Assembly: GCA_041489255.1 (NCBI GenBank)
Contig: JBGPQV010000001.1
Location: 324,099-388,098, forward strand
Reading direction: 5' to 3'
Length of the DNA stretch: 64,000 bases
Origin: Thermoplasmata archaeon
GTDB lineage: Archaea > Thermoplasmatota > Thermoplasmata > RBG-16-68-12 > JAFNFQ01
Shown here: in pieces, positions 1-9,063 of the stretch
Layout: every line of letters starts with the position of its first letter
How positions within the stretch are numbered: the first letter of the stretch is position 1
Made by a program: the position numbers and the translations under genes
Notes under the pieces: generated by a model
Told to the model about the DNA's origin: nothing
Databases searched by the model: none
What the model saw: the letters and a program-made list of their open reading frames with translations, nothing else

Positions 1-996
1 GAACAGCACTCTCTCTGCTTTCTCCGGAGGGACTCCGCTCCTTACCGCAACGTGAGAGACGAGAAGGCCCGGGTCGATCTTGACCTCCGCCCTGCACGTC
101 ACATCGATGGCGAGCTTCGCCTCGACGAGCGCCTTGTACAGCCTGTTGCTCCTCGGCTGCCATCCGATTGCGGCGAATGGGTGGTACCCCCGCCAACCGG
201 CGAGGACTGCCGAAAGCATCGCCAGCTTCGGCGTGTCGTCATGGGAGAACTCGGGAATGTGCCACCCGGCGAAGATGTGGTCCAGGCTGCCTGGTTTCCT
301 GATTACCGACCGCCTCTCGCCCATCTGGGGCGGCTCCTTCAGGTTCATCGGCTCCGGCGGCTGCTCCGGCTTGAACCCGCCGAACCTCGCGCGGATCTTC
401 TCCATTGTCGCCGCTTCATCGAAGCCGCCGACCACCACCATCGCCGCGTTGTTCGGCGCATAGTACCTGAGGTAGTGGCGGTACATCGTGTCCCTGTCGA
501 GGCGCTGCAGGTCCTGCTTCCAGCCTATGGGGAGCCAGTGGTACGGGTGGATGTGGAAGGCGTTGCTCCAGAGCTCCTCCTCCGCGACGAACTCCGGCAT
601 GTTCTCGGCGCCCTCCCTCTCGGAGATGACGACGGTCCTCTCCGACTCGAACTCCTTCTGCTCGAACGCGGCGTTGCGCATCCTTTCCGCCTCGATGAAG
701 AGAGCAGTGTCGACCGCGTCGGCGGGCACGGTCTCGAAGTACGCGGTGAAGTCTGTGTCGGTAAAGGCGTTTAACTTCCCGCCAAGGCGGCCGATGAGGA
801 GGTCTATGTCGCCCTTCTTGAGCTTCCCCCCGCCCTTGAACAGCATGTGCTCGACCCAGTGAGTCGAACCTGTCATGCCGGGGCGCTCGTTCCTGGAGCC
901 TATGTGATACCCGATCCAGACGCTGACCGCCGTCGCCCCGGGTATCTGCTTCAGAATCACCTTGAGACCGTTGTCCAGCTTGGTGACCGTGGCCAT
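1..996 (-). CDS. M16 (insulinase/pitrilysin) family zinc peptidase, 3' end beyond window edge
   Basis: Not in the ORF track because it has no stop in the window. Manual translation from ATG at 996: MATVTKLDNGLKVILK...GSRNERPGMTGSTHWVEHMLFKG, with the inverted HxxEH zinc motif; the frame is also open at the window edge. Confidence 0.92.
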   Translation of the reverse strand, partial: MATVTKLDNGLKVILKQIPGATAVSVWIGYHIGSRNERPGMTGSTHWVEHMLFKGGGKLKKGDIDLLIGRLGGKLNAFTDTDFTAYFETVPADAVDTALFIEAERMRNAAFEQKEFESERTVVISEREGAENMPEFVAEEELWSNAFHIHPYHWLPIGWKQDLQRLDRDTMYRHYLRYYAPNNAAMVVVGGFDEAATMEKIRARFGGFKPEQPPEPMNLKEPPQMGERRSVIRKPGSLDHIFAGWHIPEFSHDDTPKLAMLSAVLAGWRGYHPFAAIGWQPRSNRLYKALVEAKLAIDVTCRAEVKIDPGLLVSHVAVRSGVPPEKAERVLF

Positions 997-1108
997 GGGG
1001 CTGGATAAGGTCGCACGCCCCTAAAGCTTTGGCCTGGTCGGCGGAGGCTGGCGGCGCGGGAGATGACACCTGAGAACCGCCGCCAAGTTCTTAGCCGAAG
1101 AGAATCAA

Positions 1109-2128
1109 TTGCCACCCGTGCGCAGACAATGCCTGGTCGTGCCGAAACGCAGAGCCGAGGAGGTCAGGCGCAGCCTACTTGAACGAGGGCTCTTGGAGAA
1201 ACACCTGACTGTTCTCAGAGAGGGCGACTTCATCCTGTTTCCCGTCAGGGAGCGGTTCGACTCTGAGTTCCGCTTCGAGGAGAAAGAATTCTCCGAGGCG
1301 TTCAAACCAATCTCGCATTACAGCGAGGTGGTCGACGTCCCCGAGGATCTCAAGTCACTTTTGCCGACGTCGCTCGACATCATCGGCGACATCGCGCTCG
1401 TCCGAATGCCCGATGAGTTGCGAGACTATGGCGGGGCGGTTGGAGATGCCATCCTCAAGGCCTACAAGAGTGTGCTCTGCGTCTTCGCGGACGAGGGCGT
1501 TGGCGGGGAGTACAGGATCCGCAGGCTGCGTCACTTGGCGGGAGAGAACAGGACGAGGACTGTCCACCGCGAGCACGGCCTCTCGTATTCAGTCGACGTC
1601 TCGAAGGCCTATTTTTCTCCAAGACTCGCGAGTGAGCGTGTGAGGGTCACAGAGCAGGGCAAACCTGGCGAGGTAGTGCTCGACCTGTTCACAGGCGTCG
1701 GACCTTATGCCATAATGATCGCAAGGAAAAGCAAACCATCGATAGTCTATGCCGTCGACAGCAACCCGGCCGCCTTCGAGCTGCTCGAGGAGAATGTGCG
1801 GGTGAACAGAGCGGAGAAGGTCAAGGCGATCCTGAGCGACGCCAGAGAGGCTCTGAAGAAGATAGGCAAGGTCGATAGGCTCATCCTCGATCTGCCGCAG
1901 TCAGCGCGTGATTTCTACATCGATGCACTCAGGTCTGTGAAGGTTGGCGGGATGCTGCACTACTACGAAATCGTCGAATTCGTCGAACTGGAAGACAGAA
2001 AGGAATGGCTGATCGAGGAAGCAAAGCGGCATGGAGTCGGTGTTGAACTCATCGTCACCAAAGAAGTGAAAACCTACTCTCCCGCCCAGAGGCACTTCGC
2101 CTTCGACCTCAGGGTTTCCCGAGCGTGA
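1109..2128 (+). CDS. trm5: Trm5/Met-10+ family tRNA (m1G37 / wyosine pathway) SAM methyltransferase
   Basis: LPTSLDIIGDIAL, YFSPRLASER and VLDLFTGVGPY motifs; archaeal N-terminal D1 domain present. Confidence 0.85.
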   Translation: MPPVRRQCLVVPKRRAEEVRRSLLERGLLEKHLTVLREGDFILFPVRERFDSEFRFEEKEFSEAFKPISHYSEVVDVPEDLKSLLPTSLDIIGDIALVRMPDELRDYGGAVGDAILKAYKSVLCVFADEGVGGEYRIRRLRHLAGENRTRTVHREHGLSYSVDVSKAYFSPRLASERVRVTEQGKPGEVVLDLFTGVGPYAIMIARKSKPSIVYAVDSNPAAFELLEENVRVNRAEKVKAILSDAREALKKIGKVDRLILDLPQSARDFYIDALRSVKVGGMLHYYEIVEFVELEDRKEWLIEEAKRHGVGVELIVTKEVKTYSPAQRHFAFDLRVSRA

Positions 2129-2591
2129 TGCCCCTCTGGTCCTGGTAGTTGCCGGACCTCTCGGCGTACAGCTTCATCGGCTTCGACTCGAGTCTCTCGA
2201 ACACAATCTGCGCGAAGGTCTTCCCTATCTCGAGCTCCAGAGGCTCGGAGGAGGAGTTCAGGGCGGGGAGGGTTAGCGTGCCCCGGAAACCAGAGTCGAC
2301 CTTGCCGAAGGACGCGATGACTCCCTTCCTGATCCAACTTGTCCTGAGCCAGAGCTGGGCGGTCAGCATCGCGCCGAGGTCGACCACCTCCTCCGTGCTC
2401 ACGATGAAGCGGGTCATCGGCGGGATCTTGACGGTGCCCTGAGTGACCTTGGAGTTCTGTCCCGGGATGAGGATTTCCGCAATCCCGAGGTCGTAGCCGT
2501 TGGGCGTGAGACGGCTGTCGCTGTATGGGTCGATCTTGAGTTCACCGACCTTGACGGCGTGAGAGATGTCGCCATCCGAAAGCACAGCCAC
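2109..2591 (-). CDS. dcd: dCTP deaminase/dUTPase family protein (possibly dUTPase only)
   Basis: AVLSD, PNGYDL, LRTS..R.G, KVDSGFRGTLTL, AQIVFE, Y..Q.GITL; start placed at GTG 2591. Confidence 0.85.
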   Translation of the reverse strand: MAVLSDGDISHAVKVGELKIDPYSDSRLTPNGYDLGIAEILIPGQNSKVTQGTVKIPPMTRFIVSTEEVVDLGAMLTAQLWLRTSWIRKGVIASFGKVDSGFRGTLTLPALNSSSEPLELEIGKTFAQIVFERLESKPMKLYAERSGNYQDQRGITLGKP

Positions 2592-2627
2592 GTTAACCGT
2601 GAGATAGCGTGCGTTCAAAAACCTTGT

Positions 2628-3302
2628 CTAGAGGCGCTCAAGAGCCTCTGGGAGATCAGACAGTGACAGTATCTCCAAGTCCGGTTTCTCCTCCTCCGAC
2701 GTAGCTTCCTGAGGCCCGAAAATCCCCCACTTGAACCTCACCGTCTTCATCCCAAGGCGTTTGGCGGGAGTGACGTCATTGTCGATCCTGTCTCCGACCA
2801 TCGCCGCCTCGGACGGCTTGCAGCCAGCCTTGTCCAGGGCCATCTTGAAAATCCTGGCATCGGGTTTCCAGAGCTGGACCTCGTCCGAGATGATGATGAC
2901 GTCGAACATACGATTCCACCCGACCTTGTTCAAGAGGTCGTGGATTCCTGCCTCCTGATTCGCGATTACACCTAGCTCGTGCCGCGCTCTCACCTTCTCT
3001 ATGACCTGTTGCGACTCGAGGAACGGCGACTGCAGCTCCGGCCCCTTGCCCTCGATACGGCTCATCAGTTCCTTCATCAGAGGGTTGACGAGGCCTTCTT
3101 TTCCTGTAAAGTGCTCGATCAGGGATTTGAGGACAGGGACGCGCTTCTTCACGAGAAGATTGCGCATGTTGACGAACTCGTCCATCGTCACGTTGTAACC
3201 GCGCTCAGCGAACATGGTCAGCATCGTGCCATAGATGTAGTCGTGGAAAGGCAGGTCATCCAGCAGGGTCCCGCCAAGGTCGAAGAAAACCCAGCGAATC
3301 AT
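2628..3302 (-). CDS. HAD-family hydrolase (subfamily IA)
   Basis: FFDLGGTL motif I, KPD and MVGDRIDND motifs; start moved to MIRWVFF. Confidence 0.9.
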   Translation of the reverse strand: MIRWVFFDLGGTLLDDLPFHDYIYGTMLTMFAERGYNVTMDEFVNMRNLLVKKRVPVLKSLIEHFTGKEGLVNPLMKELMSRIEGKGPELQSPFLESQQVIEKVRARHELGVIANQEAGIHDLLNKVGWNRMFDVIIISDEVQLWKPDARIFKMALDKAGCKPSEAAMVGDRIDNDVTPAKRLGMKTVRFKWGIFGPQEATSEEEKPDLEILSLSDLPEALERL

Positions 3303-3369
3303 CGATGAGGAAGACCCGCGGTGGGCTAAAGGTTTATCTGGAATCGCCCAATCGTCATTCGGTGGTATC

Positions 3370-4530
3370 ATGGACTTCCGTTTGACTCCGGAGCAGCAGA
3401 TGGTGCGAGAGATGGCGCGTGACTTCGTCGATAAGGAGGTCATGCCTCACGCGCGGGATTGGGAAGAGAAGGGCGAGATCCCTCGCTCGATAACGGACAA
3501 GATGGCGGAACTGGGCTTCATGGGCGCGCCGACACCTATCGAATACGGCGGAGCAGGCATGGACTATGTCTCGTTCATGCTCTTGATCGAGGAGGTGGCG
3601 CGGGGCTCCTCGTCGCTCAGGACCACGATGTCAGTTCACATCTCGCTCGCGCAGTCTCACCTGCTGCAGTTCGCGACCGAGGAGCAGAAGCAGAAATGGG
3701 TGGTTCCTCTCGCGAAGGGCATCAAGCACGGGGCATGGGCCCTGACCGAGCCGAACGCGGGGAGCGACGCGGCGAACCAGCAGACCACGGCAAGGAAGGA
3801 GGGCAACCACTACATCCTGAATGGCGCGAAGCGGTTCATCTCCGACGGCGGCGTGGCGGACTACGTCATCGTGTTCGCGAGGCTGCCGGGCACACAGAAG
3901 TACGATGGCATCTGCTCGTTCTTGATGGAAAAGGGCACACCAGGGTTCTCCGTCCCCAAAACAGAGACGAAGACGAAGCTCGGGCTAAGGGCATCGCCCA
4001 CGGCTGACCTCGCCTTCGACGACTGCAAGATACCTGCCGATCACCTGATTGGAAAGGAGGGTGATGGCTGGAACCAGGCGATGTACGTCCTCAACCAGGG
4101 CAGGCTAGGCGTGGCGGCGGGCGCAGTGGGACTCGCCAGGGCGGCATTCGAGGCAGCGGTGAAGTACTCCAAGGAGAGGAAGACTTTCGGGCGGCAGATT
4201 GGGGCGTGGCAGCTGATCAAGGAGATGATCGCCGAGAGCGCCGTGGACATAGACGCCGCGAGGTTCCTCGTCCTCAGGGCTGCGCAGCAGAAGGACCTCG
4301 GCGAGGACAACACGCTGGCGGTGAGCATGGCGAAGCTGTTCGGAGCGCAGATGGCGCAGCGCGTCACGGACCGTGCGATCCAGATCCACGGCGGTTACGG
4401 ATTCAGCGGCGACTTCGAGGTCGAGAGGTACTTCAGGGACGCGAGGATACTCGGGCTGTACGAGGGAACAAACGAGATACAGAAGATAATCATCTCGGAC
4501 AGGATACTGGGACCATTGGAGAGGAAGTAG
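3370..4530 (+). CDS. Acyl-CoA dehydrogenase
   Basis: ALTEPNAGSD, NGAKRFI, KLGLRAS, QIHGGYG, LYEGTNEIQ. Confidence 0.97.
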   Translation: MDFRLTPEQQMVREMARDFVDKEVMPHARDWEEKGEIPRSITDKMAELGFMGAPTPIEYGGAGMDYVSFMLLIEEVARGSSSLRTTMSVHISLAQSHLLQFATEEQKQKWVVPLAKGIKHGAWALTEPNAGSDAANQQTTARKEGNHYILNGAKRFISDGGVADYVIVFARLPGTQKYDGICSFLMEKGTPGFSVPKTETKTKLGLRASPTADLAFDDCKIPADHLIGKEGDGWNQAMYVLNQGRLGVAAGAVGLARAAFEAAVKYSKERKTFGRQIGAWQLIKEMIAESAVDIDAARFLVLRAAQQKDLGEDNTLAVSMAKLFGAQMAQRVTDRAIQIHGGYGFSGDFEVERYFRDARILGLYEGTNEIQKIIISDRILGPLERK

Positions 4531-4652
4531 CCCCGCTCACTCTTCAATGCCCGTTGCTGGATTCCCACAAGACAAGATTATTATTGACCGGCTTCCCATT
4601 ATCCTTGTCTTCTCCGCAGAAACCAGTTTATAAACCAATTGCCAATTCCCGG

Positions 4653-5291
4653 ATGCAGGCGATTTCACTGTTCAAGAGACTGATGAGCCGTACTCCGCCC
4701 GAAGAAAGGTTCTGGACATGGTTCGCCCAGAATTCCCGCGCGCTTCTAGAATCGGAAGATTTCGAAGGTCCATTATTTGACGAACTGACAGAGGAACTTG
4801 AAGGAGTAGAAGCCGGGCTCGTATGGGAGATGGGGATCCATGAGTGGGGACGTGAGATAATCATTAGTGCAGACGGCAACCGGAATTTGTTTCCAACAGT
4901 TGAGAAGATGGTCGCAGCCGCGCCACGAATCGAGGGTTGGAAGGTTGTAGCTTTTCGCCCTCGCAAGGCGCTTGACCTCACCCTCCAGATTGGCGACTTG
5001 AGCCTGAAGGCGGAGAATATATCCTATATGATGAGACCCGGCTCACCAGGAAAAGTGAGCCTTGACATCTACATCGATGACTTCAGAAAAGATGATCAGC
5101 GATTCATAGAGCTTGCTTTCATCTTCTTGGATGCCGCATTGGGAGAATACGACATGGAGACGAAAGTTGCGGATGTCAATTTTGATTCACGACAAGGGGC
5201 TCTTCCGAACATGAACCTGCGACCTTTCGGGTATCTTCCTGTGGAATTCGATTCATTCTTCGGAAAAACGCCTGATGTCAGCAAGAGATAA
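4653..5291 (+). CDS. Hypothetical protein (FWxWF...IISADG...AP...W..AFRP type), AT-richer than neighbours
   Basis: Globular-looking 212-aa ORF starting MQAISLF; TTTATAAA box at 4627-4634 just upstream. Confidence 0.7.
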   Translation: MQAISLFKRLMSRTPPEERFWTWFAQNSRALLESEDFEGPLFDELTEELEGVEAGLVWEMGIHEWGREIIISADGNRNLFPTVEKMVAAAPRIEGWKVVAFRPRKALDLTLQIGDLSLKAENISYMMRPGSPGKVSLDIYIDDFRKDDQRFIELAFIFLDAALGEYDMETKVADVNFDSRQGALPNMNLRPFGYLPVEFDSFFGKTPDVSKR

Positions 5292-5337
5292 GCGCATTGG
5301 CATGTGGTCAAACCAAGGGATGGACCTGCCTGCCATG

Positions 5338-6624
5338 TTATGGCGCGAACCTTGCGGGAGTCCTCGGGAACGGTATCGCGTCCCTGATGTGCTCCAGCCT
5401 GCAGATGAACTGTATGAGCCTCTCCATCCCCATGCCGAACCCGCTGTGCTGCACCGATCCGAACCGCCTGGTGTCCAGGTACCACTGATACCTGCCCAGG
5501 TCCTCTCCCTGATCCTTCAGGTTCTGCTCCAGGACCTTGATGTCCTGTTCCCTCTCCGACCCGCCTACCAGTTCGCCGACCGTCGGCGCGATGACGTCGA
5601 ACGCGAGCACGACCTCCGGATCGTCCTTGTCCCTCGCCTTGTAGAATGCCTGCGACACCTTCGGATAATGCGTCACGACTATCGGAACCTTCGTGTCCTT
5701 CGTGAGCTCCCTCTCCTCGAGCGTCCTGAGGTCCTGCCCCCATTCGAGACTCATCCCCGCCGTCTCCAGGATCTTCAACGCCTCGTTGTACCTCATGTGC
5801 TTGAAAGGCGCCTTCACCTGCGCGATGTCCGCAGGATCGACCGCTAGTAATCGAAGGTCGTCGGTGTTCTCCTTCACGACGCGCTGACATGCGTGCGAGA
5901 TCACGCCTTCCGCGTGCTTGATCACGTCCTCCATCCCCGCCCATGCCTCCTCCATCTCGCAGTGCCAGTACTCCGTGAGGTGCCTGGTAGTGCGCGACTT
6001 CTCCGCCCTGAACGAAGGACCGACATAGTATATCTTTCCAAGGCTCTCCACCAGCGCCTCCGCGTACAGCTGCCAAGACTGCGTCAGGTAGGCCTTCCGC
6101 CCAAAGTACTCCAGCTCGAACAACGTCGAGCCGCCCTCGCTACCCGCCGGCGTGATCATCGGCGGGTGCGCCTCGAAGTAACCCCCGTCCCGGAAGTACT
6201 CGTGCACCGCCCCGAATACCGTATGTCTCACTCGGAAAATCGCCGCCATCCTCTGCGAGCGTATCCAGAGGTGCCTCACGTCGAGGAGGAACTCCTCCGA
6301 GAGGTCCTGCTGTATCGGGAACTTCTCCGCAAACTGCTCGACCTTGAAATCCGCGACTCGCAACTCGCATCCTCCGGGCGCGCGCGTGTCCTCGGTCACC
6401 TTCCCCCGCACGATGACGGACGACTCGATGAGCGCCTTCTCGGCATCGGCGAACTCGTTCTCTGACAGGCTTCCCTTCGTGATCGCGGTCTGAATGACGC
6501 CCGTGCCGTCCCTGACCACCACGAATATCTTCCCGCCAACGGTCCTCGTGCGGAATATCCAGCCGCGGATCTCCACGTCCTCGCCGACGTGGCCGCCCTT
6601 CAGTATCTCCTTGACCGTCAACAT
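5338..6624 (-). CDS. asnS: Asparaginyl-tRNA synthetase
   Basis: OB fold, EGGSTLF, AYLTQSWQLY, FRAEKSRTTRHLTEY, GFGMGMER motif 3. Confidence 0.95.
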   Translation of the reverse strand: MLTVKEILKGGHVGEDVEIRGWIFRTRTVGGKIFVVVRDGTGVIQTAITKGSLSENEFADAEKALIESSVIVRGKVTEDTRAPGGCELRVADFKVEQFAEKFPIQQDLSEEFLLDVRHLWIRSQRMAAIFRVRHTVFGAVHEYFRDGGYFEAHPPMITPAGSEGGSTLFELEYFGRKAYLTQSWQLYAEALVESLGKIYYVGPSFRAEKSRTTRHLTEYWHCEMEEAWAGMEDVIKHAEGVISHACQRVVKENTDDLRLLAVDPADIAQVKAPFKHMRYNEALKILETAGMSLEWGQDLRTLEERELTKDTKVPIVVTHYPKVSQAFYKARDKDDPEVVLAFDVIAPTVGELVGGSEREQDIKVLEQNLKDQGEDLGRYQWYLDTRRFGSVQHSGFGMGMERLIQFICRLEHIRDAIPFPRTPARFAP

Positions 6625-6820
6625 CGCGGCGGAAGATAATCGGCAGACTAGATAACGCTATCTTGCACGCGCTGTCTTGGACGACTGCACCCTGCTTCCG
6701 CATTTCTTGCCGCGCAAGATAACTGATACGGATTGAACCTGAGAGAGATTGCCCGCGACTCTCGCACCTTCTGCCGATGCCAAGAGTCAGTAGATCGCCG
6801 CGCGGAACAAAGCATGAAAT

Positions 6821-7291
6821 ATGATTCATCATTCACCGCCAGCAGTGATCCGCAGAGCGAATACCGACGACGTCGAGGAACTCTACCTCCTCGAGACGAT
6901 ATGCTTCAGAGAGAGGCGTTTCAAGAGAGAGCACATCCTCTGGATCCTCCACAATCCCCATGCCGCCACGTTCATCGACAGGGACGAGAAGACCCGGGGG
7001 ACCCTGATGCTCCTGGCGGAGGGCAACGTCTGCCGCGTGCTGTCCCTTGCGGTGCACCCCGCAGTCCGCATGCAGGGGATAGGGAAAGCGCTGATGGCGG
7101 TGGCGGAGGAATGGGCGATTGAGAACAAGGCGAGCGTGATGAAGCTCGAGGTCAGCACGAGCAACGTCGGGGCCATCGATTTTTATAAGAAGCTGGGCTA
7201 TGAAAATGCCGGCCTGCTCGCGCATTACTACTCTTGGGGCGAGGACGCATACTCGATGAAGAGGGAGCTCGCCCAACGTGCAAAGTCTTAA
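6821..7291 (+). CDS. RimI-like GNAT N-acetyltransferase
   Basis: LAVHP..R.QGIG, LEV..SN..AI.FY.KLGY, YY..GEDAY.M. Confidence 0.9.
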   Translation: MIHHSPPAVIRRANTDDVEELYLLETICFRERRFKREHILWILHNPHAATFIDRDEKTRGTLMLLAEGNVCRVLSLAVHPAVRMQGIGKALMAVAEEWAIENKASVMKLEVSTSNVGAIDFYKKLGYENAGLLAHYYSWGEDAYSMKRELAQRAKS

Positions 7292-7325
7292 GTTTGCCAA
7301 CTGGATGCCCCCGTGAAGACCAAGA

Positions 7326-7793
7326 ATGCTGCCCCTCCCTAGAAAATTCTTCGTGACGTCGGGCAAAGCCGTGAGCAAGATCTCGGACCTCAATGCTTTT
7401 GACGAAGCCCTCCTGAATGCCGGCATGGGCGAGCAGAACCTCGTGTCGGTCTCGAGCGTCCTGCCAATCGGCGTCATGCAGGTGAGGTACAGGGAACTGC
7501 CGATGGGCGCGATCACCCATTGCGTCCTCGCGCAGCAGCGCGGCGGGGAAGGGGAGATGATAGCGGCGGGGATAGCCTACGGCTTCAGGCAGGACGGGCT
7601 CGGCGGTTACGTCGCGGAAGGCCATATACACGGGACGAAGGAGGCGCTGAAGGAAGTCCTCGAATGGAAGATGGGGGAGATGGCGAAGCTCCGCGGGGTG
7701 CGCTTCAAGAGCCTGAACTACAAGATCGAGGAGGTCAGCATCCCAATGGACCACTACGGCGCCTGCCTGGCCGCCCTGGTGTTCCTGATCTAG
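7326..7793 (+). CDS. pdaD: Pyruvoyl-dependent arginine decarboxylase
   Basis: LNAFDEALLNAG..NLVSVSSVLP with the Ser-Ser self-cleavage site. Confidence 0.9.
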   Translation: MLPLPRKFFVTSGKAVSKISDLNAFDEALLNAGMGEQNLVSVSSVLPIGVMQVRYRELPMGAITHCVLAQQRGGEGEMIAAGIAYGFRQDGLGGYVAEGHIHGTKEALKEVLEWKMGEMAKLRGVRFKSLNYKIEEVSIPMDHYGACLAALVFLI

Positions 7794-7797
7794 TGCG

Positions 7798-8265
7798 GTG
7801 GCGCCCTTGTACGGCGTCGTTGTCTGTTCGAAGTGCAAGAGAGCCAAGGGCGTGCGCATCGGGCAGAAGACAACTCTCTGTCAGTGCGGGCAAATTATCA
7901 AACTCACCACCGCCAAGATCAAGTCCCGCACCGCTGATGCAAGGCAGCTCGCGAAGGCCGTGGGCCTCGAGAGTGCGAGATTGCGCGGTGGACGCGAGGA
8001 ATACGAGAAAGCCGCGCAGCCACCAAGAAAGGGAAGAGGAGCCCACGGTCGAGTCGCCGACGCCGCCGAAAAAGCGGGCAACAGAGATGCGAAGGTCAGG
8101 GCTGTTGCGGTGGGACTGTCGCGGGAACTGGGCACCTTCTCCGCGAGGGATTTCGCGGTGGTGCTCGTCAGCCTCGGCATATCGAGTCCTGAAAAGCGCC
8201 TCGAGGAACTCATCGAGACCAGATTCATCTACCAGCCGAGCCCGGACCGTTACAAGGCTGTCTAG
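7798..8265 (+). CDS. Archaeal zinc-ribbon protein with C-terminal winged-helix-like region
   Basis: CSKC...CQCG at the N-terminus; IYQP..DRY end typical of a wHTH wing. Confidence 0.7.
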   Translation: MAPLYGVVVCSKCKRAKGVRIGQKTTLCQCGQIIKLTTAKIKSRTADARQLAKAVGLESARLRGGREEYEKAAQPPRKGRGAHGRVADAAEKAGNRDAKVRAVAVGLSRELGTFSARDFAVVLVSLGISSPEKRLEELIETRFIYQPSPDRYKAV

Positions 8266-8993
8266 TCCTTCCTCGCGCGCGCCCTGCGCTCCTTGCGCGC
8301 CCTGCGCCTGAACTCAGGCGGCAACGTCTCCTGGAATGTGATTGAGCACGCGAAGAAGTACAATAACAGGCCGACACCGAGCGAGGCGAATATGGATAGG
8401 TAGATCAGCCATTCGGGGCCCGAGGAAAGGAGGAAAGGCACCGCCGGAATCGTGTAGACCAGCCTCGCGAACAGAGCCCTGAGCAGGTACGACCACGGAA
8501 GTCCCTTCGAGCAGCCGTAACCTATCAGCGCCCCTGTCGTCGCCTCCATCGCCGCGAAGCCGATCGAGAATAGAACCAGCAGGGTGAAGGTGAATGGGTC
8601 GGTCGTCAGGTTCGGGTTTCCCAAGCCGAAGGAGAGCACGACTGTCGCGGCAATTCCGAGCCCTAAGGCGAACCCGTAGAAGGTCGACGAGAAGTTCTGC
8701 CTGTAGCCCTTCCTGTTCAGGTACACCAACTTGAATGTCTCCTCGAACATCGCGATCGCCGCGAGCGCGATCAGGATTGACGCGAAGTCGAACCGCGGCA
8801 GGTTGAGCGAGATCAAGCTCGACAACGTGCCCATCACCAAGCCGACCGCCAGTGAGAAGAATATCCGCCTGTCGTCGAAAAGTGCCTTCTCGATGCGGGG
8901 ATACGTGTACCTCCTCAGGCCCAACCACATCAGGACGAGCGCCGGGACGATGCCGATTGCGAACGAAGCGAGGAACAGCAGCTGGTCCGCCAT
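8262..8993 (-). CDS. Polytopic membrane protein, degenerate PrsW-like family
   Basis: About 7 TM segments; FEETFK (EExxK) motif; G.ALGLG; His motifs absent. Confidence 0.65.
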   Translation of the reverse strand: MADQLLFLASFAIGIVPALVLMWLGLRRYTYPRIEKALFDDRRIFFSLAVGLVMGTLSSLISLNLPRFDFASILIALAAIAMFEETFKLVYLNRKGYRQNFSSTFYGFALGLGIAATVVLSFGLGNPNLTTDPFTFTLLVLFSIGFAAMEATTGALIGYGCSKGLPWSYLLRALFARLVYTIPAVPFLLSSGPEWLIYLSIFASLGVGLLLYFFACSITFQETLPPEFRRRARKERRARARKD

Positions 8994-9063
8994 GAGCGTG
9001 CATCGATTCAGGCCTGCGTAGTTAAACGTTCTGAGACCAAGGGGGTTAGACTTAAGTGAGGGA

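Noticed and set aside
52-774. Long plus-strand ORF here and similar antisense ORFs (44580-46082, 32961-34199, 26498-27661, 49131-50555)
   Set aside because: Shadow ORFs of well-supported genes in GC-rich DNA; Arg/Gly/Pro- or Val/Leu/Asp-skewed with no motifs.
4206-4652. N-terminal 149 aa of ORF 4206-5291
   Set aside because: Overlaps acyl-CoA dehydrogenase out of frame; the TATA box and composition shift favour the ATG at 4653.
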